Positions 9,580-20,874 are shown, counted from the first letter of the stretch. The stretch is 64,000 nt of DNA from Candidatus Multivorans sp. (GCA_965219675.1 OZ244786.1:138378-202377), one strand, 5' to 3'. The notes: generated from the sequence alone by a model not told the origin. Numbers and translations are program-made.

Positions 9580-10242
9580 GTGAACATTGGTGGCACGTTC
9601 TGGAAGTTGATGAACGAGGGCGGGCCCGTCATGTGGCCACTGCTCGCATTCTCCGTCATCGCCCTCGCGGTGGTGGCCGAGCGGTTGTACGCACTGTGGC
9701 GGGCCCGGATCAACGTCCACGAGTTCCTCCCCAAGGTGCGGAAGGCGCTGGTGGTCAACCGGTCGATCCGCGACGCGGTGAAGGTCTGCGAGGAGTACCG
9801 GGGGCCGGTCGCCTCGATCCTCAAGGCCGGTCTGATGAAGTACGGCCAGCCCAAGGAAGACATCGAGAAGACGATCGAGAACGCGGCGCTGTTCGAGATG
9901 GGCCGCCTGGAGAGAGGTCTTGCCGTCCTGGCGACGACCGCCAACGTCGCTCCGCTGCTCGGCTTCTTCGGCACGGTGACCGGCATGATGGCGGGTTTCG
10001 ACGCTCTCGCGGCGCAGGGCCTTTCCAACCCGGGCGCGGTCGCCACGGGTATCAAGGAGGCCCTGACCACGACGGCCGGCGGTCTCGCGGTTGCGATTCC
10101 GACGCAGCTTGCGTACAACTACTTCATGAGCCGGATCAACAAGTTCGTGCGGGACATCGAGACCGCGGCGAACATGCTGCTCGAGACGTTCGGCGAGATG
10201 GAGCGCAGCGGCATTTCGCCCGAGAGCGGCGAAGGCAGCTAG
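9580..10242 (+). CDS. exbB: MotA/TolQ/ExbB proton-channel protein
   Basis: GAGGAGG lies 9 nt upstream of the GTG. GGPVMWPLLAFSVIALAVVAERL and TTANVAPLLGFFGTVTGMM are ExbB/TolQ signatures. Confidence 0.88.
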   Translation: MNIGGTFWKLMNEGGPVMWPLLAFSVIALAVVAERLYALWRARINVHEFLPKVRKALVVNRSIRDAVKVCEEYRGPVASILKAGLMKYGQPKEDIEKTIENAALFEMGRLERGLAVLATTANVAPLLGFFGTVTGMMAGFDALAAQGLSNPGAVATGIKEALTTTAGGLAVAIPTQLAYNYFMSRINKFVRDIETAANMLLETFGEMERSGISPESGEGS

Positions 10243-10263
10243 TCCCAAAGCGAGGGCAGCGAC

Positions 10264-10692
10264 ATGAAACTCAAGGCATCCATCGAGCACAAGCCGAACA
10301 TCCCGACGGCCTCGATGGCCGACATCGCCTTCCTGCTGATCATCTTCTTCATGCTGACGATCACCTTCGAGGTCGACAAGACCCAGGTGCAGCTGCCGAA
10401 GACGACCCTCAGGTACGAGATCCCGAAGAAGGCCGCCTACGTGTCGGTCGATCCGAACGGTCGCATCCGGGTGTCCGACGGCAACTCCCAGAGTTCCCTG
10501 GTCAGCGCGGCCGACGAGGTGCTCTCGATGGCGGCCACCGTGATCTCGACCGACCCGACAAAGACCTTCGTGGTCAAGTCGGACGGTGACGTGCCCTGGG
10601 AGAAGGTCGACGAAGTGCTGGACGCTCTGAAACGGGCCAAGGTGCGCGATCTGCGCCTGCTGTCCGACCAGCGAACGGTCGACGACCTCTGA
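10264..10692 (+). CDS. exbD: ExbD/TolR biopolymer transport protein (copy 1)
   Basis: The N-terminal ASMADIAFLLIIFFMLT transmembrane motif and the 142-aa length fit the family. Confidence 0.85.
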   Translation: MKLKASIEHKPNIPTASMADIAFLLIIFFMLTITFEVDKTQVQLPKTTLRYEIPKKAAYVSVDPNGRIRVSDGNSQSSLVSAADEVLSMAATVISTDPTKTFVVKSDGDVPWEKVDEVLDALKRAKVRDLRLLSDQRTVDDL

Positions 10693-10731
10693 CGATGGGC
10701 CGGGACTTGATGAGACGGATGGAGGTTCAGG

Positions 10732-11169
10732 ATGAAGATTGAACGTGACCGCCCGGACGATGAGATTCCGACCTCGTCGATGGCGGACATCGCCTTCCTG
10801 CTGATCGTGTTCTTCATGGTGACGACCACCTTCACGGCCACGCGGGGGCTCGACTTCGCGCTGCCGGAGGACGACGACAATCCGCCGGTCATCGAGAAGG
10901 AGGAGTCGGTACTGATCGAGATCTTTCCGGGAGGGAACCTGGTAGTGGACCAGAACCCGATGGAGCTCGGCGAGATCATCGAGTACCTGAAGCCGAAGCT
11001 GGAGCGGAATCCGAAGAAGCCCGTCATCATCCGGCCGGATGTGCAGACGCAGTACAGGTACATGGTCCAGGTGTATGACGAGTTGCGCCAGGGCGAAGAG
11101 CACGGACTGAAGGAGCCGATCAACATCTCGGTGCCGACTCAGCGCGAAATCCAGAGCTTCTGGTACTAG
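10732..11169 (+). CDS. exbD: ExbD/TolR biopolymer transport protein (copy 2)
   Basis: The SSMADIAFLLIVFFMVTTTF motif and GGAGG upstream of the ATG support the call. Confidence 0.85.
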   Translation: MKIERDRPDDEIPTSSMADIAFLLIVFFMVTTTFTATRGLDFALPEDDDNPPVIEKEESVLIEIFPGGNLVVDQNPMELGEIIEYLKPKLERNPKKPVIIRPDVQTQYRYMVQVYDELRQGEEHGLKEPINISVPTQREIQSFWY

Positions 11170-11250
11170 GCTGAGACACATCCGGAATACGACCGAACCC
11201 AAACCTAGTTGGAAACGACACGTCGAACCTGACAGAGAAGAGGTACCCCG

Positions 11251-12003
11251 ATGAGTGACGAGAACCTCGAAGCTGCCGAATCCCCTGAGTCCCCGGCCGA
11301 AGAGCCCCAGGCGGAGAAAGCTGGCGCGCTGACGTCAGCGGAGCAGGGCCTCCTGACCTACGTTGAGGAGACCCGGGAGGACAACAAGACCTTCCGGTAC
11401 TCCCTGGGGCTCGCGGTGCTGCTGCACGCGATCCTGCTGGTCGTCAAGCTGCCCGACCTGTACGCCGACGCGGTGGCGCCGCCGCCGAAGCCCAAGGTCT
11501 TCGTGGTGCAGCAGGTGCGCTTCAAGCCGCCACCGCCGGAAGTCGAGCAGCAGATTCCGAAGCCCAAGTCGAAGAAGGTGCCGATCCCCGATCCGACGCC
11601 CGATGAGCCGGAACCGATCCGCATCGACGAGCCTGACGACATCGACATTCCGGAGGTCGACGATCTGGATCTCTTCGACCTGCCCGAGGCGCCGCCTCCT
11701 CCGGAACCGACCGGACCGATCTACGTCACCGGCGATGTGTCGAAGCCGGAGAAGATCAACGAGGTCAAGCCCCAGTACACGGAGATCGCGCGCAAGGCGC
11801 GGATCCAGGGCGTTGTCATTCTCCAGGCCACGATCGACAAGAACGGCGACATCACGGACGTCAAGGTGCTGAAGGGCCTGCACATGGGCCTCAGCGAAGC
11901 CGCCGTGACCGCGGTCAAGCAGTGGAAGTTCAAGCCGGCGACGCTGAACGGGAAGCCGGTAGCCGTTTACTACAACCTGACTGTCAACTTCCAGCTCCAA
12001 TGA
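11251..12003 (+). CDS. tonB: TonB-family energy transducer
   Basis: It has a transmembrane segment, a Pro/Lys/Glu-rich linker (PPPKPKVF...[30 protein letters not shown]) and a TonB C-terminal domain ([37 protein letters not shown]...). Confidence 0.85.
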   Translation: MSDENLEAAESPESPAEEPQAEKAGALTSAEQGLLTYVEETREDNKTFRYSLGLAVLLHAILLVVKLPDLYADAVAPPPKPKVFVVQQVRFKPPPPEVEQQIPKPKSKKVPIPDPTPDEPEPIRIDEPDDIDIPEVDDLDLFDLPEAPPPPEPTGPIYVTGDVSKPEKINEVKPQYTEIARKARIQGVVILQATIDKNGDITDVKVLKGLHMGLSEAAVTAVKQWKFKPATLNGKPVAVYYNLTVNFQLQ

Positions 12004-13184
12004 TGACCAACAGCCGATCCGTTTTCGCGCTTGCAACCGCCCTCCTGGTGCTTGGCGCGTCCAGCGCATCTGCCGGATGGGACGAGGGAGTCGCTGCGTT
12101 CAAGGCTGGCAACTACGCCCAGGCGATTGCCGAGTTCCAGCAGTTCGTCGAGGAGAGGACTGACGAAGAGGCGCTGGTGGTCGGGTACCAGATGCTGGCC
12201 CAGTCCCTGCTCCGGGGCGGCAAGGCCAAGGAGGCGATTGCTGCCTTCCAGAAACACCTCGAGTTGAAGCCCGGCGATACGGGCAGCCAGATCGGACTGG
12301 GGCAGGCGTACTATCAGGCCGGCATGCCCAGGGAATGCGTGGCGGCGCTGAACAGGCTCAACGTCGGCAGCCTGCCGGAGCCGTACCAGATTCAGGTGTA
12401 CCAGATGCGCAGCGCGAGTCAGGCGACGCTCGGGAACACCCGTGGCGCGGCCGCCGACTTCGGGAGGGTCGCGGACCTGAAGGGAGACGCGAAGTCGCGG
12501 TTCGAGTACGGCAGGTTGCTGCAGAGCGACGCACAGCTCGATGGAGCGATCAGAGCCTACGAACGGGCGACCTCGATGGACGGCAGCCAGGCGGAGTGGA
12601 AGAAGACTCTGGTCAACGCCTTGAAGATCAAGGGACGGACCACACAGGGTTCGGCGAAAGCCGGTATCTACGCCAAGGCCGAAGATGTTGCCCGCAGCCT
12701 GGTGGCGAGCAGTCCCTCCTACGACAACCTGCTCCTTCTGGGCGAGGTTCAGCTCGGCGGCAAGAGCTACGAACCGGCGGCGTCCACCTTCCGGCAGGCG
12801 ATCTCGAAGAAGGCGAACGACTGGCATCCGCACTTCTACCTCGGGCAGTCCTTTGGCTCGCTCGAGCGTTACAGCGACGCCGAAGGACCGCTGAACACCG
12901 CTCTACCTCTGGCTCCCGATGCGACCGCGAGGAAGCAGATCCAGGACTATCTCGGCTTCGTGCTCTCGAAGCAGAACAAGTACGACCTGGCGATCGCGGC
13001 GTACGAAGAGGCAGGAAACTCGGCTGGTGTCGGGCGGGTACGCGAGAACAAGCGGATCGCGCAGGAGAACGAGGAAGCCGACGAGTTCAACAAGAACATC
13101 GAGGAACTGGAGCGCCAGCGGGAGGAACTCCGCAAGCAGCTGGAAGAACTCCCAGGGGCCGCGAACGAGCCTCCACCTCGCTAG
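12000..13184 (+). CDS. Exported TPR-repeat protein with a C-terminal coiled coil, last gene of the ExbBD-TonB cluster
   Basis: The ATG overlaps the tonB TGA (ATGA). It has a signal-like N-terminus ([26 protein letters not shown]), several TPR-like repeats, and a C-terminal [21 protein letters not shown]. Confidence 0.75.
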   Translation: MMTNSRSVFALATALLVLGASSASAGWDEGVAAFKAGNYAQAIAEFQQFVEERTDEEALVVGYQMLAQSLLRGGKAKEAIAAFQKHLELKPGDTGSQIGLGQAYYQAGMPRECVAALNRLNVGSLPEPYQIQVYQMRSASQATLGNTRGAAADFGRVADLKGDAKSRFEYGRLLQSDAQLDGAIRAYERATSMDGSQAEWKKTLVNALKIKGRTTQGSAKAGIYAKAEDVARSLVASSPSYDNLLLLGEVQLGGKSYEPAASTFRQAISKKANDWHPHFYLGQSFGSLERYSDAEGPLNTALPLAPDATARKQIQDYLGFVLSKQNKYDLAIAAYEEAGNSAGVGRVRENKRIAQENEEADEFNKNIEELERQREELRKQLEELPGAANEPPPR

Positions 13185-13186
13185 GC

Positions 13187-14674
<1,488 letters not shown>

Positions 14675-14707
14675 GATGGCCGCGGCATCCTACAGCAGCT
14701 ACCGATC

Positions 14708-15400
14708 GTGAAGCCCCGGGTCGCCGCCCCGATTGTCCACTGCCGCGGAGGGGTGCGGGCTGCCTTTCTGGGCGTGCAGCGGTGCACGGAGGCACTCGGC
14801 CCGGAAGATGCCTTCCGCCTTCTGGCGAGTGATCTCAAGGCAGCCGAGAGAGCCTCGCCCGCCTGGTTGAAGCAGCGCCACAGCACCGAGGCGCTACGGG
14901 CTGAGGAACCGGGCTTCAGGGGAGAGGCCGACGCCTTGATCGTCTCCCGTTCCGGGGTCGCTGCTACCGTCTTCGTTGCCGACTGCGTACCGGTGCTCAT
15001 CGATGCCGGCGAGAACGTCGCGGCGGTTCACGCGGGCTGGCGGGGGCTGGCGGCCGGGGTTCTCGGTTCGGCCATGCGGACGCTGCGTCACGCCGGCGTC
15101 ACCGATCCCGAGACGGCCGAAGCCTGGATCGGACCGGCGATTGGCCCATGTTGCTACGAGGTGGGCGAGGACGTGGCCAGCCAGGTGGAGTCTGCGAGCG
15201 GTGCCGGCGTCGTCATCCGCCGGCCGGGGCGCAAGCCGCACCTCGATCTGGTCCTGGCGGCGTCGAAGCAGCTTGCCGCGCTGGGTGTTGGCCGCACGTC
15301 GAGCAGCGGTTGCTGCGTTCGTTGCGATGCGGGCTGGTGGAGCTATCGCCGTGACGGCGCGGGCGCGGGGAGGAACTATGCGTTCATCTGGCGCGAGTAG
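14708..15400 (+). CDS. pgeF: Peptidoglycan editing factor PgeF (YfiH/DUF152 laccase-like family)
   Basis: ADCVPVLI, HAGWRGLAAGV, GPCCYEVGEDV and CVRCDAGWWSYRRDG are present. The start is set at GTG 14708 because the upstream part of the track ORF overlaps gatB. Confidence 0.8.
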   Translation: MKPRVAAPIVHCRGGVRAAFLGVQRCTEALGPEDAFRLLASDLKAAERASPAWLKQRHSTEALRAEEPGFRGEADALIVSRSGVAATVFVADCVPVLIDAGENVAAVHAGWRGLAAGVLGSAMRTLRHAGVTDPETAEAWIGPAIGPCCYEVGEDVASQVESASGAGVVIRRPGRKPHLDLVLAASKQLAALGVGRTSSSGCCVRCDAGWWSYRRDGAGAGRNYAFIWRE

Positions 15401-15431
15401 CCGGATGGCAGGCCGGCGCACCCACTGTTTG

Positions 15432-15785
15432 TCAGTTCCGTGAGCGCTGGTCCCCGTCGGATGTTGTCCGGCGCGAACTTCGGCTCCGAGTCCTGCGAGT
15501 TGGGTCGATTCCCAGGGAGCGCAGAAAGGCCAGGTCGCGTCCATTGATGCGAAACGTCGGTGGCGGCAAGGGTCGCCTGGTGGAGGAGTCGTCCCGTCCC
15601 GTCGAGGAACCGTCGCCGGCCTCGCTGTCGTCGTCACCGCTCTTCTTGCAGTCGAGGAACAGGTTGAGCGTGTAGCCTTCCCGCCGGATCGACTCGAGCC
15701 GATCGTGGACCTCGGGCGACTCGGCCATCGCCTCGCAGAGAGACCGGGTGAGTTCTTCGAGCAGTTGCTTGAGCCGGGGTTCCAT
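15432..15785 (-). CDS. Hypothetical protein (helical N-terminus, acidic Ser/Asp middle, Arg/Ser-rich tail)
   Basis: The ORF begins MEPRLKQLLEELTRSLCEAMAESPEVHDRLESIRREGYTLNLFLDC. I recognise no family. The coding call rests on an N-terminal half that is not low complexity. Confidence 0.45.
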   Translation of the reverse strand: MEPRLKQLLEELTRSLCEAMAESPEVHDRLESIRREGYTLNLFLDCKKSGDDDSEAGDGSSTGRDDSSTRRPLPPPTFRINGRDLAFLRSLGIDPTRRTRSRSSRRTTSDGDQRSRN

Positions 15786-16845
15786 GAGCCGACGACCATT
15801 ATCCCAGACCGAAGCCGGGAACGACACTCCGGATTCGAGAGGGGACAGTGCGCCCGCCTGGCGGGCGGTGCTTGAAGCGCTTGCCGGGGCGGGTTGGGCT
15901 CCGGCCTCGTTCGAACCTCTGGCCGGCGACGTTTCCGCGCGGCGATACGGCCGGCTTCGTCTGGCCTCGGGCGAGCGGCGGATCGTCTGTTCCTATCCCG
16001 ACGACATGAAGGATGTGGCAGCGCGGTTCCTGGGCGCTACCGAGCTGCTGGCTTCGGTCGCGGTGCCAACTCCGAGGGTGGAGGAGTACTCCCTCGAGCA
16101 TCCGGTGTGGGTGCTCCTGGAGGATCTGGGTCCGCGAACCCTGTTCGAGCAGTGGAAGGAAGGTGGTAACGGCGCCGAGGTGGATCTGGGCCGGCGACTG
16201 GCGGAAGCCCGGGACCTCATCGGGCGGATACAGCTCCTGCCGGCGGATGAGGTTCGGGCCCTCGGCTGCCCGCCGCTCGACAGAGACCTGTTGATGGCGG
16301 AACTCGACCAGACCTGGGAGCGGTTCCTGGAACCGCGAGGGCTGGTTGCGGATCCGGGGCTGGCTGAGCAGGTCCGAGCCGTATGCGCTGCGGTCTGCGA
16401 GCGGCTCGACTCGGCAGAGACCGTGCCGTGTCACCGTGACTTCATGGCGCGGAACCTGATGCTGCGCAAGCGGGCCGCGGCTTCAACGGGAGGCGTAGGC
16501 GAGCTGGTCGTGATCGATCACCAGGATTTGCGCCTGGGACCCCCCTGCTACGACCTCGCTTCGCTTCTCAACGACACGTTGACGCTCTCGGTCCGAGAGC
16601 GGCAGGAGCAGCTGTCGGCCACGCGCATGGACGCCGTCCGCATGCTTGACTACCACGCGGCGACGGCCCAGCGCACGCTCAAGATCGCAGGGACCTTCGC
16701 GTACTTCGCGGCGGTCGGCAGCGACCGCTATCTGCGGTTGATCCCCCCGGCCTTGCGGAGGTTCCTGGATGCCCTGCGGGCTCTTCCCGAAGGCCGTGAA
16801 CTGGCTCTCTGGTTGCGCAAGGCCTGGGCCTCGGTTCTCGCCTAG
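15784..16845 (+). CDS. Aminoglycoside-phosphotransferase-fold kinase (APH/AmgK-like)
   Basis: PLAGDVSARRYGRL, VPCHRDFMARNLM and VVIDHQDLRLGPPCYDLASLL are the Brenner and DxD motifs of APH-fold kinases. The start is uncertain: ATG 15784 or GTG at about 15867. Confidence 0.72.
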   Translation: MSRRPLSQTEAGNDTPDSRGDSAPAWRAVLEALAGAGWAPASFEPLAGDVSARRYGRLRLASGERRIVCSYPDDMKDVAARFLGATELLASVAVPTPRVEEYSLEHPVWVLLEDLGPRTLFEQWKEGGNGAEVDLGRRLAEARDLIGRIQLLPADEVRALGCPPLDRDLLMAELDQTWERFLEPRGLVADPGLAEQVRAVCAAVCERLDSAETVPCHRDFMARNLMLRKRAAASTGGVGELVVIDHQDLRLGPPCYDLASLLNDTLTLSVRERQEQLSATRMDAVRMLDYHAATAQRTLKIAGTFAYFAAVGSDRYLRLIPPALRRFLDALRALPEGRELALWLRKAWASVLA

Positions 16846-16930
16846 CGCGGCGGAAGCTGCCGCGCAGGCTCCTGACTGCTAGTATCCGTTTCCACCCGTC
16901 TTAGACGGGAGAACGCGACAGGAGAACGCC

Positions 16931-17101
16931 ATGCCGTCTTTTGGCATCCAAGAGCTACTCATCATCTTCGTGATCCTCCTGGTCATCTTCGGTGGCAGCA
17001 AGCTGCCCCTGCTTGGCCGTGGCATGGGCGAGGGAATCCGCAACTTCAAGCGGGGCCTGCGCGGCGACGACTCCTCCGAGCTGGAAGAGAAGCAGTCCTA
17101 G
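16931..17101 (+). CDS. tatA: Twin-arginine translocase subunit TatA/E (56 aa, absent from the ORF track)
   Basis: MPSFGIQELLIIFVILLVIFGGSKLPLLGRGMGEGIRNFKRGL... is the canonical TatA transmembrane segment plus amphipathic helix. AGGAGA lies 7 nt upstream. Confidence 0.88.
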   Translation: MPSFGIQELLIIFVILLVIFGGSKLPLLGRGMGEGIRNFKRGLRGDDSSELEEKQS

Positions 17102-17127
17102 GAGTCGTCGCGGCGGAAGACCACGTG

Positions 17128-17147
17128 TGCCGGCCGGCTGGCCGGCA
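17128..17147. terminator. GC-rich hairpin between convergent tatA and the transglycosylase gene
   Basis: TGCCGGCC-GGCT-GGCCGGCA forms an 8-bp perfect stem. There is no clear T-tract. Confidence 0.35.
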
Positions 17148-17170
17148 TCTGGCGCGAAGCGGGCGCCGCG

Positions 17171-17920
17171 CTAGCCGCCGGCGAGAACGGCGAAGTCGAG
17201 GCCGCGCGGATTGACGGCCGCCCATGCGGCGCGGTGGTGCTCGACGTAAAGGCGGAGCACGTTCTCCGTGAACCTCCGGGTTTCGCGGAAAGGCGGCATG
17301 CCCTGGAAGCGATCGACCTTCCCGGGCCCGGCGTTGTACGCCGCGAGCGCCAGCACGAGGTCGCCGTCGAAGCGGCGCAAGAGGTAGTCGAGATAGCTGG
17401 CGCCGGCGTCCAGGTTCTGGCCAGGGTCGTAGACGTTCCGCAGGCCCAACTGCTCGGCCGTCTCGGGCATCATCTGCATCAGGCCGAGGGCGCCCTTGGG
17501 CGAGACGGCGAGGGTGTCGAAGGAGGACTCGGCCTGCACGATGGCGGCCACCAGCAGCGGGTCGACATCGTGACGCTCGGCGACGAGGAGTATCTCCGTG
17601 CCGAATGGAAGCCTCCGCGTCCTGTCCCGGATCGCAGTTTCGTCGGCGGCGCCGATGAAGAGTTCGAAGCTCTCGCGCCGCGACTGGATTCCGGCGTAGA
17701 AAGGACCGTCTGCCGGAAGGGCCCGGTCCAGATCGGTAGCCGGATCAAGCCAGGCCTGAATCTCCTCGAACAGCGCGATGTCCTCGAGATGCGGCGGCGA
17801 GGGGAGTGACTCCGGCTGCCGCCCTGGCGCGGTTTCCTGCACGGAGAAGGCCACAATGGCAGTCGTCGCGAGGACGACGGCCATCGTTCTTCTGCCGGTT
17901 CTGTGGCTTGTACGGTTCAT
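17171..17920 (-). CDS. Lytic transglycosylase (SLT domain)
   Basis: VAAIVQAESSFDTLAVSPKGALGLMQMMPETA and AAYNAGPGKV are SLT catalytic motifs. The N-terminus has a signal-like segment. Confidence 0.85.
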   Translation of the reverse strand: MNRTSHRTGRRTMAVVLATTAIVAFSVQETAPGRQPESLPSPPHLEDIALFEEIQAWLDPATDLDRALPADGPFYAGIQSRRESFELFIGAADETAIRDRTRRLPFGTEILLVAERHDVDPLLVAAIVQAESSFDTLAVSPKGALGLMQMMPETAEQLGLRNVYDPGQNLDAGASYLDYLLRRFDGDLVLALAAYNAGPGKVDRFQGMPPFRETRRFTENVLRLYVEHHRAAWAAVNPRGLDFAVLAGG

Positions 17921-18021
17921 GAGGAGCGTGTGTTGCGTTCAAGCAACCTCCGGCCGCCCGTGAGAGCAAACGGGATGCCAGCCCGGATTCGCTGTTCCAG
18001 CGGACTGTCGGCCGCGGAGCG

Positions 18022-18315
18022 CTATCTTGCTTGGTGCCTTTTGCTCGAAGTTCGGTAGTCGGCGGACTGGATACGAAGTGCCTGGACCTTGCTGCGCAGA
18101 GTGTTCCGATGAATCCCCAGTTGATCTGCCGATTGCGTGATGTTGCCGCGATTGCGTTGCAGGGAAGCGAGGATGAACTGACGTTCGAAGATCTCGCGTG
18201 CCTGAGCCAGGGTGACACCCTGACCGACCAGGTGCCGGACAAGGTGCTCAAGCTGGTCGCCTAGATCCTCCGTCGCGCCCTCGGGAACGCGGTCGTCTGC
18301 GCTGAGCTGCTTCAA
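18022..18315 (-). CDS. Small Fis-type helix-turn-helix DNA-binding protein
   Basis: The C-terminal ILASLQRNRGNITQSADQLGIHRNTLRSKV matches the Fis/NtrC-type HTH. Confidence 0.7.
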   Translation of the reverse strand: MKQLSADDRVPEGATEDLGDQLEHLVRHLVGQGVTLAQAREIFERQFILASLQRNRGNITQSADQLGIHRNTLRSKVQALRIQSADYRTSSKRHQAR

Positions 18316-18437
18316 GGCGAGTCGCGTGCCGAAACACCGAAGTTAGCACAGATCCGGGGGCTCGGGGCGACCTTCAGGCTACGCCACCAAGGCGGCGCGT
18401 GCCTCGTGACATCGCTTCGGTGCCGCCTCCCGCGTCG

Positions 18438-19340
18438 TCAGCCTTCGTCTTGCAACCGCGACAGCGACTCGGCTGCCCGACGGGCGGCTTCGGAGTCCGG
18501 GAAGCGCCGCGAGACTTCCCGGAATCGGCGTTTGGCGCCCTCCCTGTCGCCGAGCCGCTCCAGGGTGCGCCCTACCTTGAGCAGGGCGTCGGGGACCTTG
18601 TTGCCGAGCGGGTACTCGTGGAGCATGGTCTGGAATGCGACCATGGCGGCCCGGTTGTCGCCCCGGGCGAACCGGCACTCGCCGATCCAGAAGAGGGCGT
18701 TGTCCGACAGCTCGGTGTCCGGAAAGGCGTCCAGGTAGCGTTGGAAGCCCAGTTCGGCTCCCGCGTAGTCCCGGTTCAGGTACTGCTCGCGAGCGCGGTC
18801 GTAGAGTTCCTGGCCTGTCTCCTCGACGATCGCTGGTGCGGTTTCGCCCGCGTCGTCCCCGGCCCCCGGCTTCGCCTCCGCTTCGGCCGCGGGGTTCGAC
18901 TCGACCGGCGGCGCGGTTCCGGGCGTCTCGTCGAGTTCCGTTACCTCGAGTACCTGGACGCGCGCCGGCGTCGGCGGTTCGAAGCGGACCGGTGGTGGGG
19001 GCGCGGTTGCCAATGCCCTGACGTCCTCGAGGGCCGTCTCGACGTCGGCGATGCGGTCGCGCAGCATGGAGTTCTCCGACTCGCTCTCGGCCAGCAGGCC
19101 TTCGAGCTGCTGGACCCGTTCCTCAAGTTGCTCGAGGTCGGCCCGGACGCCCTCGTTGGGGGTCGCCAGGCGGTTCACGAAGTCGCGCGGGGATTCGGTG
19201 GAGGCACAGCCGAGGCAGAAGCCGGTGATGGCGAGCGCGGCCGTCAGTCGAACAGGCAGGGCCTGACGCCCTGGGGCGTGGCTGGCTCGCGGGCAGCCGA
19301 AGTCAGCTCTCGGGGCCATTCTCGCTCTGGGGCTCCTCAC
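18438..19340 (-). CDS. YbgF/CpoB-like periplasmic TPR protein with coiled coil
   Basis: It has an N-terminal hydrophobic signal-like segment and a coiled coil (VRADLEQLEERVQQLEGLLAESESENSMLRDRIADVE). The C-terminal TPR block (YDRAREQYLNRDYAGAELGFQRYLDAFPDTELSDNALFWIGECRF...) is typical of YbgF. The start is 19340 or 19319. Confidence 0.7.
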   Translation of the reverse strand: MRSPRARMAPRADFGCPRASHAPGRQALPVRLTAALAITGFCLGCASTESPRDFVNRLATPNEGVRADLEQLEERVQQLEGLLAESESENSMLRDRIADVETALEDVRALATAPPPPVRFEPPTPARVQVLEVTELDETPGTAPPVESNPAAEAEAKPGAGDDAGETAPAIVEETGQELYDRAREQYLNRDYAGAELGFQRYLDAFPDTELSDNALFWIGECRFARGDNRAAMVAFQTMLHEYPLGNKVPDALLKVGRTLERLGDREGAKRRFREVSRRFPDSEAARRAAESLSRLQDEG

Positions 19341-20178
19341 CGTCGCGGGACGGTCGTGGCGGGGCTTCCGGCAGGTCGCTTCGGAGCTTCCGGATCTTCT
19401 CCGGCGAAGGCACCTTCTTGATCCAGGGACTGCCGGCGTGTTCGCTCCACAACTGCTCGCAGCCGTCGCGCAGATAGTCGACCGCGTCCAGCCCCGCGTC
19501 GCTGCGGGCCCGCTTGACTACCTGGAGGTAGGTGAGGCACATGTACGCTCGGATCTTGTCCTTCTCCGGGTAGTCGGGGTACTGCTCCAGCATCTCCCTG
19601 AAACGCTCTCCGGCTGCCCTGGGGGTACGGGAGCGGTAGTAGTAGGCGCCGACCACGAACTCGTGCTCCGCCAGCTGATTCCGGACTTCGACGATCTGCT
19701 GGGCGGCCTGACCGGCGTACTGGCTGGTCGGGTAGAGCCGGCGGACGTTCTCGAACTCGGTCAGCGCCTGACGGGCGGTCTGTTGGTCGCGGTCCGGCTT
19801 CTCGATCCGCTCGGCGAGCGCCGAGGCCAGACGGAACTGGGCGTAGGCCGCGCGGTCGGACGTTGGGAAGCGGTTCAGGAAGTCGCGATAGCGCTGCTCA
19901 GCTTCCACGTAGGACTGGTAGCCCCCGCGCAGGAACAGTGCGTCCGCGGCGAGCAGGAGGCCCTCTCGACCGGTTTCCGAGTTCGGTTCGACTTCGAAGG
20001 CGTGGACGAGGTGCTGGAGAGCCTGGGTGAACTTCTCCTCCTCCAGGAGTTGCTTCCCGATTTCGAGCGCCTCGGATGACGACAGACGGAGGATCGGATC
20101 CTCCCTGACGCCTCCGCAGGCGACCGCGAACGTGAGCGCCGCCACGACGAGCAGCGTCCTTCCGGCCAGGCGCGTCAT
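19303..20178 (-). CDS. bamD: Outer membrane protein assembly factor BamD (YfiO)
   Basis: It has a lipoprotein-like signal (LLVVAALTFAVACGG) and a TPR-like BamD pattern (FLNRFPTSDRAAYAQFRLA...RRLYPTSQYAGQAAQQIVEVRNQLAEHEFVVGAYYY). Confidence 0.8.
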   Translation of the reverse strand: MTRLAGRTLLVVAALTFAVACGGVREDPILRLSSSEALEIGKQLLEEEKFTQALQHLVHAFEVEPNSETGREGLLLAADALFLRGGYQSYVEAEQRYRDFLNRFPTSDRAAYAQFRLASALAERIEKPDRDQQTARQALTEFENVRRLYPTSQYAGQAAQQIVEVRNQLAEHEFVVGAYYYRSRTPRAAGERFREMLEQYPDYPEKDKIRAYMCLTYLQVVKRARSDAGLDAVDYLRDGCEQLWSEHAGSPWIKKVPSPEKIRKLRSDLPEAPPRPSRDGEEPQSENGPES

Positions 20179-20828
20179 TCGTTCGCTTGCCGGCGAAGAG
20201 CCGCCAGCGCCTCGACCGGACGCTTCGCCGCGAAGACGCCGGAACCCACGACCGCCACGTCCACGCCGGCCGCCGCCACTTCGTCGAGGTTGCCCGGCTT
20301 GATTCCGCCGTCCATCTCGATGCTGGTGGAGAGTCCATGCGCCTCGATCGCGCCGCGGAGTTCGCGCGCCTTGTCAAGCACGTGCGGCTGGAACGCCTGA
20401 CCCGCGAAGCCCGGCTGCACGGACATGAGGACCACGTAGTCCAGGTGCTCCAGGTAGGGCTGGATTTCGTCCAGCCCCGTACCCGGGTTGATCGCCACGC
20501 CGGCGCCGACACCCCGGCCGCGAATCCGTTCCGCGAGCCGCGCCGGCGCGCTCGTCGCCTCGTGGTGGAACGACACCCAGATCGGCTCGGTGTCGAGGTA
20601 CCTGTCGAGCAGGACCTCCGGATTCGAGACCATCAGGTGGATGTCGAAGCCCACCCGGCTGCGTTTCGCCAGATCGGCGATCACCGGCGGCCCGAAGGTC
20701 AGGTTGGGCACGAAGTGACCGTCCATCACGTCGACATGGATCAACTGGGCGCCGCCGTCCTCGCAGTGCTTGACGGCGGAGGCCAGATCGGCGAGGTCCG
20801 CCGCCAGGATCGAAGGCGCGATCTTCAT
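20175..20828 (-). CDS. rpe: Ribulose-phosphate 3-epimerase
   Basis: MKIAPSILAADLADLASAV...IHVDVMDGHFVPNLTFGPPVI...MSVQPGFAGQAF. Confidence 0.92.
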   Translation of the reverse strand: MKIAPSILAADLADLASAVKHCEDGGAQLIHVDVMDGHFVPNLTFGPPVIADLAKRSRVGFDIHLMVSNPEVLLDRYLDTEPIWVSFHHEATSAPARLAERIRGRGVGAGVAINPGTGLDEIQPYLEHLDYVVLMSVQPGFAGQAFQPHVLDKARELRGAIEAHGLSTSIEMDGGIKPGNLDEVAAAGVDVAVVGSGVFAAKRPVEALAALRRQANE

Positions 20829-20874
20829 CGTTCAGGTTCTCTGGGCGGCGGATTGTCTGGGAACCGGGACGGGT

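Noticed and set aside
9490-11202. A 570-aa minus-strand ORF opposite exbB-exbD-exbD
   Set aside because: It is the antisense shadow of three well-supported plus-strand genes and has no motifs.
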